64,000 nucleotides of DNA from the human T2T-CHM13v2.0 reference genome, Homo sapiens, in the NCBI RefSeq assembly GCF_009914755.1, contig NC_060935.1. One strand, given 5' to 3'. A program made the position numbers and the translations under genes. Below, piece by piece: positions 13,791 through 28,500 of this stretch (within the stretch, counting starts at the first letter, position 1; each line of letters starts with the position of its first letter). Below the pieces are notes generated by a model that was given only the letters and a program-made list of their open reading frames with translations, was not told the origin of the DNA and did not search any database.

Positions 13791-15324
13791 GGAGAACTGT
13801 TAGTGAAGACAATAATGAGAGAGACAGGAGGATTACTGTAGGCTGGGAGTCAGGGACTCTCCCAGCACTAAGTACAGAGATAGAAGAGGCAAGTCATGGA
13901 GCTAAGGGTATTTCTATGGGTAGACAAATGGGGTGGAGGGAGGAGGTGGTATCCATGGGGTACATGCTTAGATGGTCTGTAGATTATTTCCATCCTGTGA
14001 GAGCAGGAAGATAAGAACGATTACATTCAAACAAGGGCCCTGATGGAGAAGGTGATGAGTTAAAGAGCAAAATGGCAGGTGGAGAAAAGTGGATGTTGGA
14101 TCTTCAGTTGGGCAATTGGCTAATCAGGCCCCTCAGGAGAAAGAAAGAGCGGTGGGCGTGTTTGTGTTCCTTCCCTCTCCCTGTCTGCTCAGTAAAGTGA
14201 ACAGATTTCTAGCACAATGCAGGGTTCACTTTAAACAAAACACTAAGATTAGCCAATCCACTTACCTCCCCCGAAGGAGATCATTCACCCAGAGGAAGCC
14301 TGACAAATGATCGTGTAAAATACTATGCTTTTAGAAGGTTCCTTATATCTCTCAGAGAGTCAATATAGTCCATTATGTCAGTTCCCATCCACTGGCTTCT
14401 TTCTCAGCTACTTATATTTCCATTTAATTGAAGATTAGGCAGAGCTCACCAAGGCCCAGAAAATTAAAGTTATCGGAGACTCGTTAGTTATCTCTTTTTA
14501 AGACCATCTATCTTTTTCATTCCACTCACTCTGGACCTGGCGATTTGTCTGTTGCTTCTCACTTCCTTCTGGCCCCTTCCAGTGTGAGATCCTGCCTTGA
14601 TCCAATGTTTCCACTTCTGTTCTTTTGACAGTATCTTTTCCTCCACTGGCTTTCTTTCCTGTTTCTCTTTTTTGGGGGGGGTGGGGAAAGGACATAGGGA
14701 TTGGAGGTGGGGAAAGAGCTGGCCTGTTCTGCTTCTCTGGCACTCTCTTCCTTCACTTTTTTCTCTTATACCATCGTGTTTATAGTTTATACTCCACACA
14801 CCCTTGTCATTCTAATCTTCATTAAACACCACTTGCAGAATTATAGGAGAGATGAGACAGATGAATATTGACACAGACATAAGCCAACAGTGACTTGAAA
14901 GATAAAGTTGGAGAGTGAGAAGAGACACTGGGGAGAAAGGGGAGAAAGGAAGAGGATGACAAAGGCCAGTATGATAATAATAATAATAATTACTACGTAT
15001 TAAGTACCTGATATGCATCATGCAGTGTGATAGCATAAGTCACTTAGTCTTCACAATGCTCCTTTGATTCTCTGTTTTTTCCTTATTTTTGAAATAAGTG
15101 TGATAAGACTCAAAGTTTACCCTTATTTCTCAAGGTCGTACTGCTGGGATAAAGGGCAACTGGAATTCAAGCTCAGTCTGTTTTTCTCCTCTACATCTTG
15201 GAGAAGTAGGCAGGCAACTGATTTTAGATTTAAGCTCAAGATATATTTTTAAAAGAAAGTTCCCTAGATGCAAGTATTTGAACGTGTAGATAATTTAAAC
15301 ATCCATATACACTTCGTATTTTAA

Positions 15325-15823
15325 CAGCACACTTTTGAACTGCACAAGTTCACTTACATGTGGACTTTTTTCAATGTAAGTTATATTCAGTGTGCTTGCC
15401 TCTCCTGCCCTTCCTTCCATGTCCTCCACCTCCTGTGCTTCGGCCACTCTTAAGACAGCAAGACCAACCCCAACTCTTCCTCTTCCTCCTCAGCCTACTC
15501 AGCATGAAACTATGAGTATAAAAACCTTTATGATGACCTACCTCCACTTGGATCAATGAAGAGTAAGTACATTTTTTTCTTCCTTATGACTTTCTTAATA
15601 ACATTTTTCCTTAGCTTACTTTAATTGTAAGAATACAGTATATAATACATATAACATACAAAATACGTGTTAATCGGCTATTTATGTGATTAGTAAGGCT
15701 TCCATTCAGCAGCAGGCTATTAGTAGTTGAGTTTTGAGGGAGTCAAAATTACATGTTGGATTTTCGACGGAGCATTAGTGTTAGTGAGCCACACTAATTC
15801 CCATATTGTTCAAGGGTCAACTG
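15325..15823. mobile_element. Tigger2-family (MER28/Tigger2a-like) DNA transposon fossil
   Basis: Right TIR TTGTTCAAGGGTCAACTG followed by TA; internal CAGCAAGACCAACCCC...CCTCCTCAGCCTACTCA. Confidence 0.85.
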
Positions 15824-15914
15824 TACTCAAACATACACACATGCACAAATCCACAAATCAAGTGTAAGTTATTTATTTGGTTTGGTGATATTATTTCATC
15901 TTGTCTTACAATCT

Positions 15915-16640
15915 TTAGAGTTGGGAGGGACCACAGGATTCTTCAAGTCCAGTGTCATGAACCTCTGGTACACTCTCTACCTATGCTTAAGTATTTTCAA
16001 GAAAGGGGAACTCCTTACCACAAAGGCAGTCTGGTCCATTGTTGGACAGCTCAGATGTTTATATAATTATTTCTCCTACGATGCTGTGAGGATTATCTCA
16101 GAGTCGTCCAACTATTTTTGCCCTCTAAAGTTACGTAGAATACATCAAATCTTTCTTTTACAGGATAGCTCTTCGCATGTGTAAATAAGAATTCACACAC
16201 ACACACACACACAGCCTAAAGTCTCCTCTTCTCCAGCTAAGCACTTCTAGTTGTTGCAATTATGACTCATTTGACATAGTTTTCATCTTGTTTATTGTCC
16301 TCTTGACCAACATTGGTCATAAAACTGAGTGTAGAACTCAGCATATGGTCAGACCAGCACAACCTAAAGAGAGATGTTCCCCTCCTCTTACGGACACCAG
16401 GCTTTTGTTGAGACAGCCTAGTTTCCATCAATACTCTGAAAGCCAAGAAATATTCACAGGCAACTAAGACCTAAAGTTCTTCAATTTAAGTTCAGGACTT
16501 TAAAAGTATCCCTGTTTAAATTTAATCTTTTTAGCTTGGCCCTCCTACTGTGTTGCCAAGATCTTTCTAGATTCTTCTAGACTGTGATTCTTTCCCACCA
16601 GCTATCCTCCCTGGTTTTGTATCATCTACAGTTTGTAACC
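15915..16640 (-). mobile_element. L3/CR1 LINE relic
   Basis: TAGAGTTGGGAGGGACC...AGTCCAG; CCATTGTTGGACAGCTC; AAACTGAGTGTAGAACTC...TGGTCAGACCAGCAC resemble the antisense CR1/L3 3' region. Confidence 0.55.
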
Positions 16641-18242
16641 ATATTTTGATTTTTGTTCATAATATATTGTTAAATGTAAATAAGTTAAAAACTGTATTAT
16701 GGTGTGAACTTGTTTATTTAAAATGACAATTATTTGAACAAAAATGATTCTAAATAGACATATACCAAAATAGTAACAGTCCTTATCTCTGAGATATTGA
16801 ATAACTTACGATTTATAATTTAGATATTAAAATTTTTAAAAATTTTGGCTGTATGTAGTTTTCTGATTTAATAAATGGCTTTGGTGATTTTACATATTAA
16901 TATACCCAAATCAAAATCTATCATTTGAAAAGAAATTTTTCTACCTGAAAAGTCTGGTTTATTCCATATATTTTGTTTTGTATCTGTAGTATCTTTGTTT
17001 TTTTCCTAATTGCCATGAATTTCTGGACTCCTGCATTTGATTCAAAGCTCCTTGAAGACAGGGAACTGTGCTTTCATTATCCCTCATGGCAGCTGGCACT
17101 GTGCTGAATTGATTGCTTCGCTTTTCAATTAACTTGTCCTTCATGCAGCACTGAATTCATGGCCTTTGTCTGACTTGATCTCTTGTTTATATCAATACCT
17201 TAAAATGATGGGTACGTGATGTTTCATCTATGATCTGCACTTAAACAAATTAAGCTAATTCATTTACTGGTGAGTAATTATTCACTGTGTTAACAAATCT
17301 ATTTACCCAATTGAAAGAAGTGAAATGAAGACTCTTAACATCATTCCCACTCTGAGACATGGGTTATGGATCAGAGTGGAAGAGGAGGAAGATTTAGAAG
17401 CTGGAGTTAAAAACTGGTTGGAGCCTGCTAGTCTCATCTGAGAGCTCTCTGCCTAGCCCAAGTCCAGGTGTGGGCTTTCTCTCCTGGGGCCAGTCCTAGA
17501 GAGGAGGATGGGGTGGAGGGAGGGACAGAGTAGGTGGAAGAGATCTAAGGATGTTAACTGGAGCTAGATTCTCCAGCTTTCTAGTGCCATGCGCCTTTCA
17601 CCAGCCTTCCTATGCCTTAGTCTACTATAAAGGACAGAGACCTGGGTCCCATCTATGCAGGTCCAAGTGACAGGGCAACTGCTTTCCCTATGCAGCTGAG
17701 GCTGGGTCTGGAAGAAAAAGGTCATTTTGATAGTTACTATCCCTCCCTTTGGCGGTCCCACCTGAGTTCTAGGTGAGACTGCCAGGGCTCTAATTAAACC
17801 AGAACCAGAGCTCTTATCTTGTCCTTAAGTTCTGCCTGTGTTACCAAGTGGTAGCAAAAGATAATGTCCTCTGCTATGGCCCATTGTGGATGTACAGCAT
17901 GATTTAGATTTAGATTTAAGTGAAGCGAACTTAAGAAATTAGTGACTCCTGATAACAAATCTCTACATATATGACATCATGAAGAAACCATTTCTTTGAA
18001 AATTTTAAAAAGAATGTGACCTAAACATTAATCTGCAGGGAACTAGCAGATGAATGAAAATCTATTCACGCATCCATCCAACACAGGAAAAGCTATGGAG
18101 TCACAGCTTGAAAGAAGGTGTGATGGTCAGAAGTGTCTGTTCTACATAGTATTCCAAGGACATTTGCTACACAAATGGGGGATATCCAATTTCAAGGCTA
18201 TCAGGTCAATAGTGGCAAGATTAATTGCTTTATCCTTTAGGA

Positions 18243-18453
18243 CAAGCTTGTCCAACCCACAGCCCATGGACCACATGCAGCCCAGGATGGCTTTGAATGC
18301 AGCCCAACACAAATTCATAAACTTTCTTAAAACATTATGTGTTTCTTTTGTGATTTTTTTTCTCATCAGCTATTGTTAGTGTATTTTATGTATGGCCCAA
18401 GACAATTCTTCTTCCAGTGTGGCCCAGGGAAGACAAAAGATTGGACACTCCTG
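18243..18453. mobile_element. MER30 hAT MITE
   Basis: TIRs CAAGCTTGTCCAA ... TTGGACACTCCTG; degenerate 8-bp TSD CTTTAGGA / CTCTAGGG. Confidence 0.88.
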
Positions 18454-19369
18454 CTCTAGGGCATAGGTCAACACCAAAGACCCTTGTGACCATACCCCAG
18501 CACCCAGCTCCACTCACCTGAGGATGTGACATGGGACAGAATGAGAAGGAGGGAGGCAATACCCATGAAAAATCCTACAGCTCAAGATTCTTATTCTGAT
18601 AGTGTTTAACTCCCAATGTGAACTTGAAAAGTCAGTTATACTAGGTCTCAGCATATCCATCTGTGTAGAATGGGATTGCCTTTACATCAGAATGTTAAAA
18701 GGCCTAGAGAGAAGGCTCTGGGAAGAGGGATCTGTTTGGGAAAGAGCTGAGTTCTGCTTGTGTTGTAGCTTTTCTGCAGTTATTACTCACCATGGTATCC
18801 CTAGAACTTAGCAGAGTGAATGGCACTTAGTAGGCACTCAGTATGCATCAAATTTTTTAAAAAACGAACGGATTGAGGCTTCTGCACTCATTCAATCTCT
18901 CAAAGGCCATGTAAGAGTTTTTCAAAGCTGGGAGAATAACTATATTTCTTTTGTGCCTCCCAACTTTCTTTCCCAGCACTTAGTTTACAAACATCTTGGC
19001 TTGGGCCAAAGTCTGTAACACATCCTTTGCCTGTCCCACTTCTCTGCAGTTGGCTGTGAAGTGGGAGTTGTGTGTGGTTGGCTTAAGACCCTGAGTCATA
19101 CCCAGGGTCCATGGTGAGCAGTGGCATGGACAGTCACCCAGGCACTGGCCTTATATACTCGGGAAGCTCATGCCTTTTTCCACAGAGCTCAGAAGTGAAT
19201 GATTAGATGAATGAGTAAATGAAAGAATCAATATTATTCTTACTGACAAAATACACGCTTGCTTATGACAACTTTGGTAAAGGATTCTAAGACTTCTGTT
19301 ACTAAAACATTCTCTACCATGCCCTCCTACTGCCTGTGATCACAACAGAAGAAAGGAACCATTGAATGA

Positions 19370-20150
19370 CAAAATCCTATGAGATGTTGATTTTAGATGG
19401 CAAAAGATTGGAGAAAGTTATTCTAGGTGGGAAAAACAACAACAAAGGCGTAAAGGTAAGGAAAGGACATGTTTGTGTGAAGGATAGGAGACCAGTTTGA
19501 CTGAAGCCCTTAGTGTGGTTGGAAACCATAAGAAGAAAGGTTGTATAGGGAATGACGTTGATTGATGGAGGATCTTCAACATTAGAAATTCAGGATATGC
19601 CATTTACTTTTGTATCTTCAGTGCTTTGCCCAGAACATGACAGAATAGGAGCTTCATAAATGTTTACTGAATGAGTGAATGAATAACTGAGTGGATGGAT
19701 GAATAAATGGATAAATGAGTAAATTTAATGGGAGAGAACACGTTTAAGCTGAAACCAGTGAGCCTGGAAGAATGGGAAGGAGAGAAATGGGAAGTTTAGG
19801 CACAGTAAGTTGAGATAATGGTAGAATCTTTGCATAGAAATTTCCCATAGGAAGCTATTTGGAATTAAGAAGAGAGCAGAGAGTTCCTAGGTTTGGAAAT
19901 GTGTGAATCATTATTGCAATGGTAGTTGAAACCATGAGCCTGGATAAACTCTTGAGGGCAGGTAATGTAAAAGCTGAAGAGCAGAAAGAAAGGACTGAGC
20001 AGGGGTTTACACTTTCAGCAGTGGTGGAAAAATAAGTTAGAGGAGAAACCACAGAGTTTGGGAAACCAGGAAAACAATGTCGAAGAATTCTAGATAGAGA
20101 AATATTTTTTTTTAAAGAAGTTTGAAGGGTGACTGTGAAACAAGGTGGCA
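19370..20150 (-). mobile_element. L2 LINE fragments
   Basis: Purine-rich antisense L2 motifs (GAGACCAGTTTGACTGAAGC; GGTAGTTGAAACCATGAGCCTGGATAA; GAGCAGAAAGAAAGGACTGAGC). A short opposite-strand L2 tail (ATAAATGTTTACTGAATGAGTGAATGAAT) lies at ~19600-19720. Confidence 0.55.
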
Positions 20151-22838
20151 AAGCTCAGAGGCTGAGTTTGTGGAAAAGGATGTTTCCTAATTAATCGCGG
20201 ACAGTAAAGGCAGGTAGAGGCAGGGTTGGCATCTGCTGGCAAACCAGCAGAATACAGGACATTGGCATCTGGGGCCGAGGAGATTGCTCTGAGTATGGGA
20301 AAGCATCTGCAAAGCTGAAGTTTGAAGCCCCATGCCTGGAATAGAAGTGTTCTTGGAGAAGCTGAACAGATGCAAAGAAATGAAGAAATGCAGAAGTAAC
20401 TCATTCTTGGGGCAAAGATTATAAAGGAGGTTTAGGCCAGGCCTAAGAATCTCACATCTTAGCAATTCTTTCAAGCTGTATCACTCTCAGCTCTCATGCA
20501 GTATAAGCAGCCAAGTCAATTAACAGAGAGCTCAAGACACCATCTAGAAAGGAAATCACTAAAAACAATAAAAATTTAAAAATAGGAAGTCAGGATCTCT
20601 ATTTGCTAGATCAATGGCTATAAAAATCTGAGGGAGACTGAAACCTCTTGGCTCTCATTATCTTTTTCCTGGGATGGTGCTCCCTTTGGAGCAAGAGTAG
20701 CAGAGGCCGAGCCAAGGAGACGATGCCCTGGCCCTCTGCCAGCCTTGGATAGAGGTATGTTTTAAAAAGGGAGGAAAGAGACAGCTGACAGCCTCTGAGG
20801 CCTGCAGGAAGAAAAGAAGGAACCATGTGTAGGAATCAGTCCAGGACTGAAAAAGCTGCCTGAAGGCGTAGCCATCTGCCCTTGCATATGAGACCCGGGG
20901 AAAAGTCGATGCCGGGTTACACCAGTAGCTAACCACAAGGCTTCAGAGTCCTACAGACCCAGAGCCAAACTGTGCCTTTTCCACTCACCCGCTGTGCCCT
21001 CTTGGACAAATTGCTTAATCCTGAGTTTCTCACCTATAAAATAACAATAATAAAAACAAGAGCAACAATAATAATAGAATCTACCTTTCAGACTTCTTGT
21101 GAGGATTAAATAAAATAATTTGCCGGGTTCAGGACTCAGCACTCAAAAAATGGTAGTTTTTAGAAAAGTAGGTTCTTAAAAGGAACATTAACTCTTTGGA
21201 TCCTGTAGTCCTATTGGATAACAGTGGCTCCAGCACCCATTTACCTAAGTCCTGGCCTTCCAGGCTGCTAAACAGACCCTGGGCACTAGAATATTCTCTG
21301 TGCCAGGTCACAAGAAGGGTATGTCAGTAGTTTTCCAGGATGGTAGGCAATCTATGGGGTGCCATTTAAAGCCAAGAAACTCAAATGAGACCCAAAGGAG
21401 AGAAATCCGCTAATGAGTCCATCAAGATAAAGAGGTAAGAGTGTCAGCTTCTGACCATCTGTTTTGTTCTGGCAGCACATGCTGTCCAGACCCTACTCCC
21501 TGCGCCTCATCCAAAACTTGCCAATGCCATTGATTTGTATTAATCTGATTGAGCATTCATTACCCCAAGTACCAACCTGTCACTGTTTGCTTAGCTTGCA
21601 TGAAATCAGAGCTACACAAAAATCAATGTGTGAAATCTTTGTATCAACATATAAGAAATAAAAAGGTTTATGCTGGCAGATGCAGGTTTTTAGACAGATT
21701 AAAACTGACAAATTGGCACGATCCACAATGAAGGCAATGATGAGGTGCAGTGAAATGTCAAAGGTTTTGAAAATGGCATGCTGAGGAAGACATGCATTAT
21801 TGTCAGGGGGAAAAAAGGAAAAAGAGAGGGTTGTTTATAATAAAAAGCATTTGGATTTGCACAAAGGCGGATGACTTTTTTGAAGAAATAACTTGCAGTC
21901 AGTAAGGCTGGTGCAGTGTGATTGTTCTCCAAGAAACCAACAAGAAAAGACAAGGGGTTAATGCTTGAGCAAGGTCACAGTGTGCAGTAACAGTGCCAGG
22001 ACAGAATGGAGGAGGCTGGACGCTTACTTCCGCCAATCACTGAACCCTCTGACACTCAGAGGGAGAGACTCTCACCTCTTGCCCTCCACATTGACTTCTC
22101 CTTCTCAGGGAACACTTCCCTTTCAAACAATCACAAACCCCTGACAGAATTCTAAAGCAGACTGATCAGAGCAGACATCTGTATGTTTTGCACAATTAAC
22201 TGTGTGTTCTGCACTTTAATTTATAAGACACTCATGCATTGGAGCAAAATATCTTAGCTTATATTGCAAAAACATCTTTATTAAGGGTGATGGCCAACTT
22301 AATAAAAAAGAAAAATTCACTTCTATTTGTGACACATTCGGTATTATACATATTTATATACATAGCACCATAGCACTCTATAACTGTGACCAAAAAAATT
22401 TCTTTTAATTTTCAGTCCCCATGTCTCACAGCATACTTTTGGACCATCTGCTTTCAACACCACTGGGTTGTATATGCTTCAGGAATGCAAACTCTCTTTT
22501 TAAAAAACAGTAGCTAGGAAAGGTAAATATGCTGCTGCGGAAGGAAAAAAGAATCCTCTCCAAACAACTCAAAAAAAAAATGTTAATATACATGTGCACC
22601 AAAACCAAAGGAAATCATTTTTTGGCAAATATGGAGAATGACGTAGTGGAAAGAGACTAAGCATTGGAATCAGACTTGAATATGAATCTTGTCCCTACCA
22701 CTCATTGGTTCGGTTTGAGGTTTTTATCAATTTTCTAGACCTTCTCCTGGACACTGTAAAATAGAAGCAAGACTGTGTGGGAGTTTTATGAAGATTACAT
22801 GAGAAAGGGAATGTGAAAGTTCCTAACATCATGCCTAA

Positions 22839-23160
<322 letters not shown>

Positions 23161-23458
23161 ACATAGTAGACTTTCAATGCAGGTTTGGTCTCCATCAGAT
23201 CATTTGTCATTAAGGGGGACCATCTGCATCACCATCTCCCCCGATTAGAGTGGATACTATAGAAACGCAGTGATTAGTACTTTGTTATGTGGTTGTAAAT
23301 AGATGCACAAATATTTTCCAACTCTAAAATTTTTACTCCTCAGAGCAATAGAGACACAATCAAGTAAATAAAATTGACTTTTGTTACTATTTGGCCAGGA
23401 TTCTTCTGTATGTGTGTTGGTTGAAGCACCCAGTGAATCTTCTCCCATTGGGCCTTTT

Positions 23459-24010
23459 TGTTCAGGTTATCTCTTGCTGCATTAAAAACCACCCTAAAAC
23501 CTAGGCACGTAAAACAACGATCATTTATTTTGTTCACAAATTTGCAATTTGGGCAGGGCTCTATCTGGAAGGCTTATCCCTGTTCCATGTTGCATCACGT
23601 GGAGAAGTTCCCTAAGTGTTGGAGGATTCACTTCAGGATGACTCACTCACATCTGGTAAGCTAGTGCGCCATGTTGGCAGGCAGCTTAGCAGGGGCCAGT
23701 GGCTATGCGCTCCCATTTCTTTTCATGTTGGTCTCCCTAGGTGGCCTGGTCTTTCTCACAGCATAATGGCTTACAAGGGCAAGCATCCTGAGACAGAGAG
23801 AACCAGGTGGAAGCTGTATCCCAGTTTACGACAATCATATAGCATCACTTCTGTCATACTCTGTTAGCTGAGGTATTCACAAAGGCCTGCCCAGGTCAAT
23901 GAGAGGGGACATAGGCTCCACCTCTTGAAGGGGACTGACAAGCGTCTGGAAGAGCACGTGTGATGAGAAATATCACTGTGGCCGTTTTAGGAAAATACAA
24001 TCTTCTGTAC
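23459..24010 (-). mobile_element. MaLR LTR (MLT1F/G/H-like)
   Basis: TTGCTGCATTAAAAACCACCCTAAAAC...AAAACAAC; TGCAATTTGGGCAGGGCTC; ends GGAAAATACAATC; 5-bp TSD CTTTT on both sides. Confidence 0.8.
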
Positions 24011-25704
24011 CTTTTTTTTTCTGGTCTTTTGATTGCCATCTAGTTCAAACCTTTATTACAAACTTGCCAGGGTTAGGACCTATTCTTCCTTTTTATTTGC
24101 TTTTCCATTCAGTCTTCTCTTATTCCCTTCCACACTGAATTCCACTCTGAGCAGGAAGGACAATTCTGATTATTTCTCTGCTCCCATCCCCATTCTAAAA
24201 CCTTCTTTGACTGCCCATTGCCTATGGAATGACCTTCAAATCTCTTGACGTGATACTCAGTGATTCCATGTCTTCATTATCTGAAACCAACTCTGCAACC
24301 CTAGCTCATTCTAGTCTAACACACAGATCCTAATGTCTCAGAGGAATTAGACTATAGTTCATTTCCCTGAGGCAACCTTGTGAAGTAAAAAAACTGTGGA
24401 CTTGTAGACTTTGGAGTGAGTCAGACCTGGTTTCCAATCCAAGTACTGCTACTAAACCTTTGTAAAGTGAGTTTAATAATACTTATCTTGGGGATTGCTG
24501 TGAGGATTAAATAAAACAATGTATGTAAAGTGACTAGCATAGAGTAGATTTTAAATAAATATGATTTTCTTTCTCCCTTTCCATTTTCCCTTTGCTTATC
24601 TAATTTCAGCACCTGTTTTTGAGGAGTGTCCTTCCAAAGCAGGTTATGAACTGGGTCTCCCAGACCAGTGTTTCCCTCTGCATTGCCAGCAATCCAGGCA
24701 GGAGGAACATTCAGGGCAGCGTAGCCTGTGGAACTACCTGGCTCCATTCCACTAGTCACAGAAACCCACATTGTGAGTTGGCAGCACCAAGGCACAGGAT
24801 GGACATCCCACAGTCCTTCAGCCTGGGCGCCTTAAATGGCTTGTCATACACCAACAGAAACTGATTCCTGATTTACATGCCTTTGGAAATAGTTGTGGCA
24901 TTGTGGTTCATGTTCCACAAATCCACACTGGATTGGGCAGATGTCCAAAGCAGTGTTGCCACAATCCCTAAGAGCCTCCAGTAATTTCCTTCTTGAGTTC
25001 CTCACTCTTTGGAGCCTGTTTAGAAGTCTCCAATCAGTTAGGGCATTTTTTGGCTACTTCTAACGTTTTGCCTACTCAATTCACTTATTAATTCTGTTAA
25101 ATGTATACCTTTCAAATTAGATTTGCATTTAGTAGATGATTTACTTAATCAATCAATGGGAAAGTTCCAAGAATTGCAATATCCCTATTTCCAATAATTT
25201 GTAGAATCTTAAAGAGGTCATCCCTCTCATCTGTATCAGAAGCAGCACATCTATGGCAAGCAAGCCAGCTCATTAGACTTAACCTTTTAAGGAGTTATCC
25301 ACACTAAGAATAGCTCAACATTACAGCACACTCCCTTTTTAATGGAGTTATACTGAAGCTGTTCCTCATTCTAGGATAGAATTTGCTTTAACGTTGGCAT
25401 CTCCCCATATATCCTGTAAGCCAGCCGTCCACAGCCTCGCCTATGATGTACTGCTTTTACACTGTTCCAGAAAGTGACTTAAAAATCTGAAAATCTGCAG
25501 ACAGGCAGTGTTGGGAACCCCCATGCAGAGATTAAACTAGCCTCCCTACGCGAGACTGAGGGCAAAGAAATAATCCGCTTCTTGTCCTCTCCCCTAAGCC
25601 CCAATCTTGCTTTCAAATTCCTATTGCACTTTCACTTCCTCAATGAAACCTTTCCCAATTTAACTCCATTCAGTTTCATTGCTCTATTCACTCCTTAACA
25701 TGAA

Positions 25705-25930
25705 TAGTTATTATTTAAAAATTTATTTAGCTCTTCTATCTGTCAGATCCTGTGCTAAGCACTTTATATTAATTATCTCATTTACTTCTCAAAATAACCC
25801 TGTGAAAAAGATATTATTTTCGTTTCATACATGAGGAAACTGAAGCTCAGAGGTTAGTGAATCTGTCTGGTGTCACACAGCCTGTGTTAGAGCCAGGACT
25901 GTAAGTCAGGTCGCTCTGTCTCTAGAACCT
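25705..25930 (-). mobile_element. MIR SINE
   Basis: CTGTGCTAAGCACTTTA...ATCTCATTTA...ATGAGGAAACTGAAGCTCAGAGGTTAGTGA...GTCACACAGC. Confidence 0.75.
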
Positions 25931-28500
25931 CCCTTAACTATCCTAAAATGCTACCTATCCCACGAGGCTTTCTTGCTGTTCTCCTAACCAACCCCAACTG
26001 ATTCCACAGTTCTTGTGACTGAAGAGTTTAACACTCATTTCCTTGTGTATCTGCCTCTCTAGTTTGTTAGACTAAGAATCACAAAGGCAAGACATCCATG
26101 GTCCAGAACTTTACTCTGGTGTAGTGGAAAGAGTGCTGAACTTAAAAGTATCATAATTTGAAGGCCAACTCTTGGCTTCTGTTCTTCTTATCTGCGTGAA
26201 CTTTGGTTGAGCCAATCTTGCTGGACCCATTTCCTTATCTTTAAAATGATGGCTATAAGGCCTATCTTGGAAATTCTGTGGGCACAAATGTTAGGTAAAG
26301 CACTGCAAAAATGTAGAACATTCTTTTATATCATCTCTCAAAGCCCCTTAGAGAGAGTTTTGTTTTCAGAGGGTGATAAGTCACTTGTGGTAATTTTAGA
26401 AGCCTGGGAAAATAGTGCTCCAAGTAGATACCTGGTGCAGCAGCAAAGTGACTGTTCAAAGGAGCCTGAAGATCTGGCCTGGGTTCCTGCTGGGTGACGG
26501 ACGAGGAGCCAAGCAACAGATTCCCAGAGCCATTTCCTTTGCTGAACAATGGGAAAGTGGAATGATGTGACTGGCAAGGTGCCAGGCAGCTGTTCTTCCA
26601 ATCCTTGGAGGATAGCAATGGTCTCACATTGCAGGGAGAGGGATTGAAGTTAAACCTGAGGAAGTTATTTCCTGAGTATAGGCACTGTGAGGCTCTGGAA
26701 TGCAAGGTTAAAGAAGGCCGGAATGCCCTTCTTTGAGAATGCTGAAAAAAGAACAAAAACCCAATCTCTTTGAATGTTGCATTGCCTGGAGGCAGAAGAA
26801 TGGATTCATTCCTTTTGGACTAAGGCATCAATATTGAGAAATAAGATCTGCTTCTTGTGTCATCTCACTTGGCATAATAGGAAACTTCTTTTCAATCCTT
26901 GTAAGAAGTGACACATGTATCCCCTACTCTAGTAATTATCTCCACACCTCTTCCCTTCCCCAAACATCTGGTCCAGCTCTCTGTTGACATCAGTTCATTC
27001 AAGTGGGCTGACTTCTTGTCCATAAGTTCTTCAGGAAGTACATGCCCCTAGGAGCAAGAGCCCAATGCCTAAGAAAGCTTCAAGAGTCCAAATAGACCAT
27101 GGAATGCACCATGCAAGTGCGGCAGAAGATACCTTCCCAAGACTGTTTTTATAGGCAACATCTACCTGTGGGTTTTACTTTGCAATTGCAACCTTAAGTG
27201 CTCCACCCATCAATCATCGACCACAAATACATAGCATTGGCTTTGTGAGCAAGAATGCACAAACCCTTTCCCTTTATTGTCTCCTTCCTGCCAACAGAGA
27301 AAACACTTAATTAAAAGTCATTGGGAATTCCTCCAAACAAAAGAGAAATGAAGCTTTTGAAAGGTGCAACATGTGTGAGGCCTGGACCCATAAAATCATT
27401 AACCTTCAGAAACCTAGGAGTTGCCAACACAATGCTGAGGAGTGTGGTGTTTCCATTGCACAATGTCAATGAGCACGTCAAGGAAATATTCAGCCACATA
27501 AACGAGCTTGCAAGGCTGTCCCACTTCTTTTCAGTGTTCCTAACCTTCTCAGTGTCCCTGAGACACAGTTGCTCCAGGTGGATACTTCTTACAATTTGAG
27601 ATAAAATTCTCACTTTCCAAGGCTTGAATTTTTCACCACAAAAACAGAATAATTTAATTGTTGTTTTAGTACGTGGACCAGCACCATTTGCATGGTCCTC
27701 AAAAACAGCATTAAAGTAAAGATTCTTAGCTTGAGATCTATGGGTCAGTTTCAGGAGTTTTTGAACCTATTAAAATTACATTGAAAATATGTTTATGTGC
27801 TCGTTTCTGGAGAAGATGGTCTAAAGCTTTCTTTATATTCTCTTGATGGGCAGGTGGTGATGGTTGGGTTAGTAATTTTAGAATGTAAACAACTACTGCA
27901 TTCAAGGCAAATGCCCTTCAGTTACTCCTCTACCAACAAAGAGTCCCTGGCACATGGCACATAGATCTCCCACCATTGATTTGCTGAAGGAGGTCCTTCT
28001 TCTTTATGGTAATATCTAAGCAGAGGCAGTAGCATTACACATCAGGCAAGCCACGGGGATTTGTCATCAGAAGCAGCAGACATAGAGAGATGCTAGTCTA
28101 GATGATCTCTGGATCTCTTCACTCTGAGGTCCTAGGTAGGTCCAGTAAACTGTGACCCAGAAATGGAACTTTGGATCACATAATGGGCATTTTATTTTTG
28201 CTTTTCTTTTAAGGGAATATGTAGTTCTCATGCCTTTCTGGTCTTCAGGAGACTGAATCTGACGAGCAGAGTAAGAATGGAGTGTTTTGGCTACAGACGC
28301 CTTTTACCTGGGGGTGTTTGGGTCAGGGGATGTCGGAAGTGGATGGTTAGACAGGGTGCCCAAGGCCAAGCAAATGGCCTTTGAAAGTTCAGGTGATGCT
28401 CATGGGACACCTGTGGGCAGGAAATTGCCTGTGATCTAATTGTGTTTGGAAAGGCCATACATGACTTTTCTTTTTTAGCATCATCAGGAATCACTTTTAA

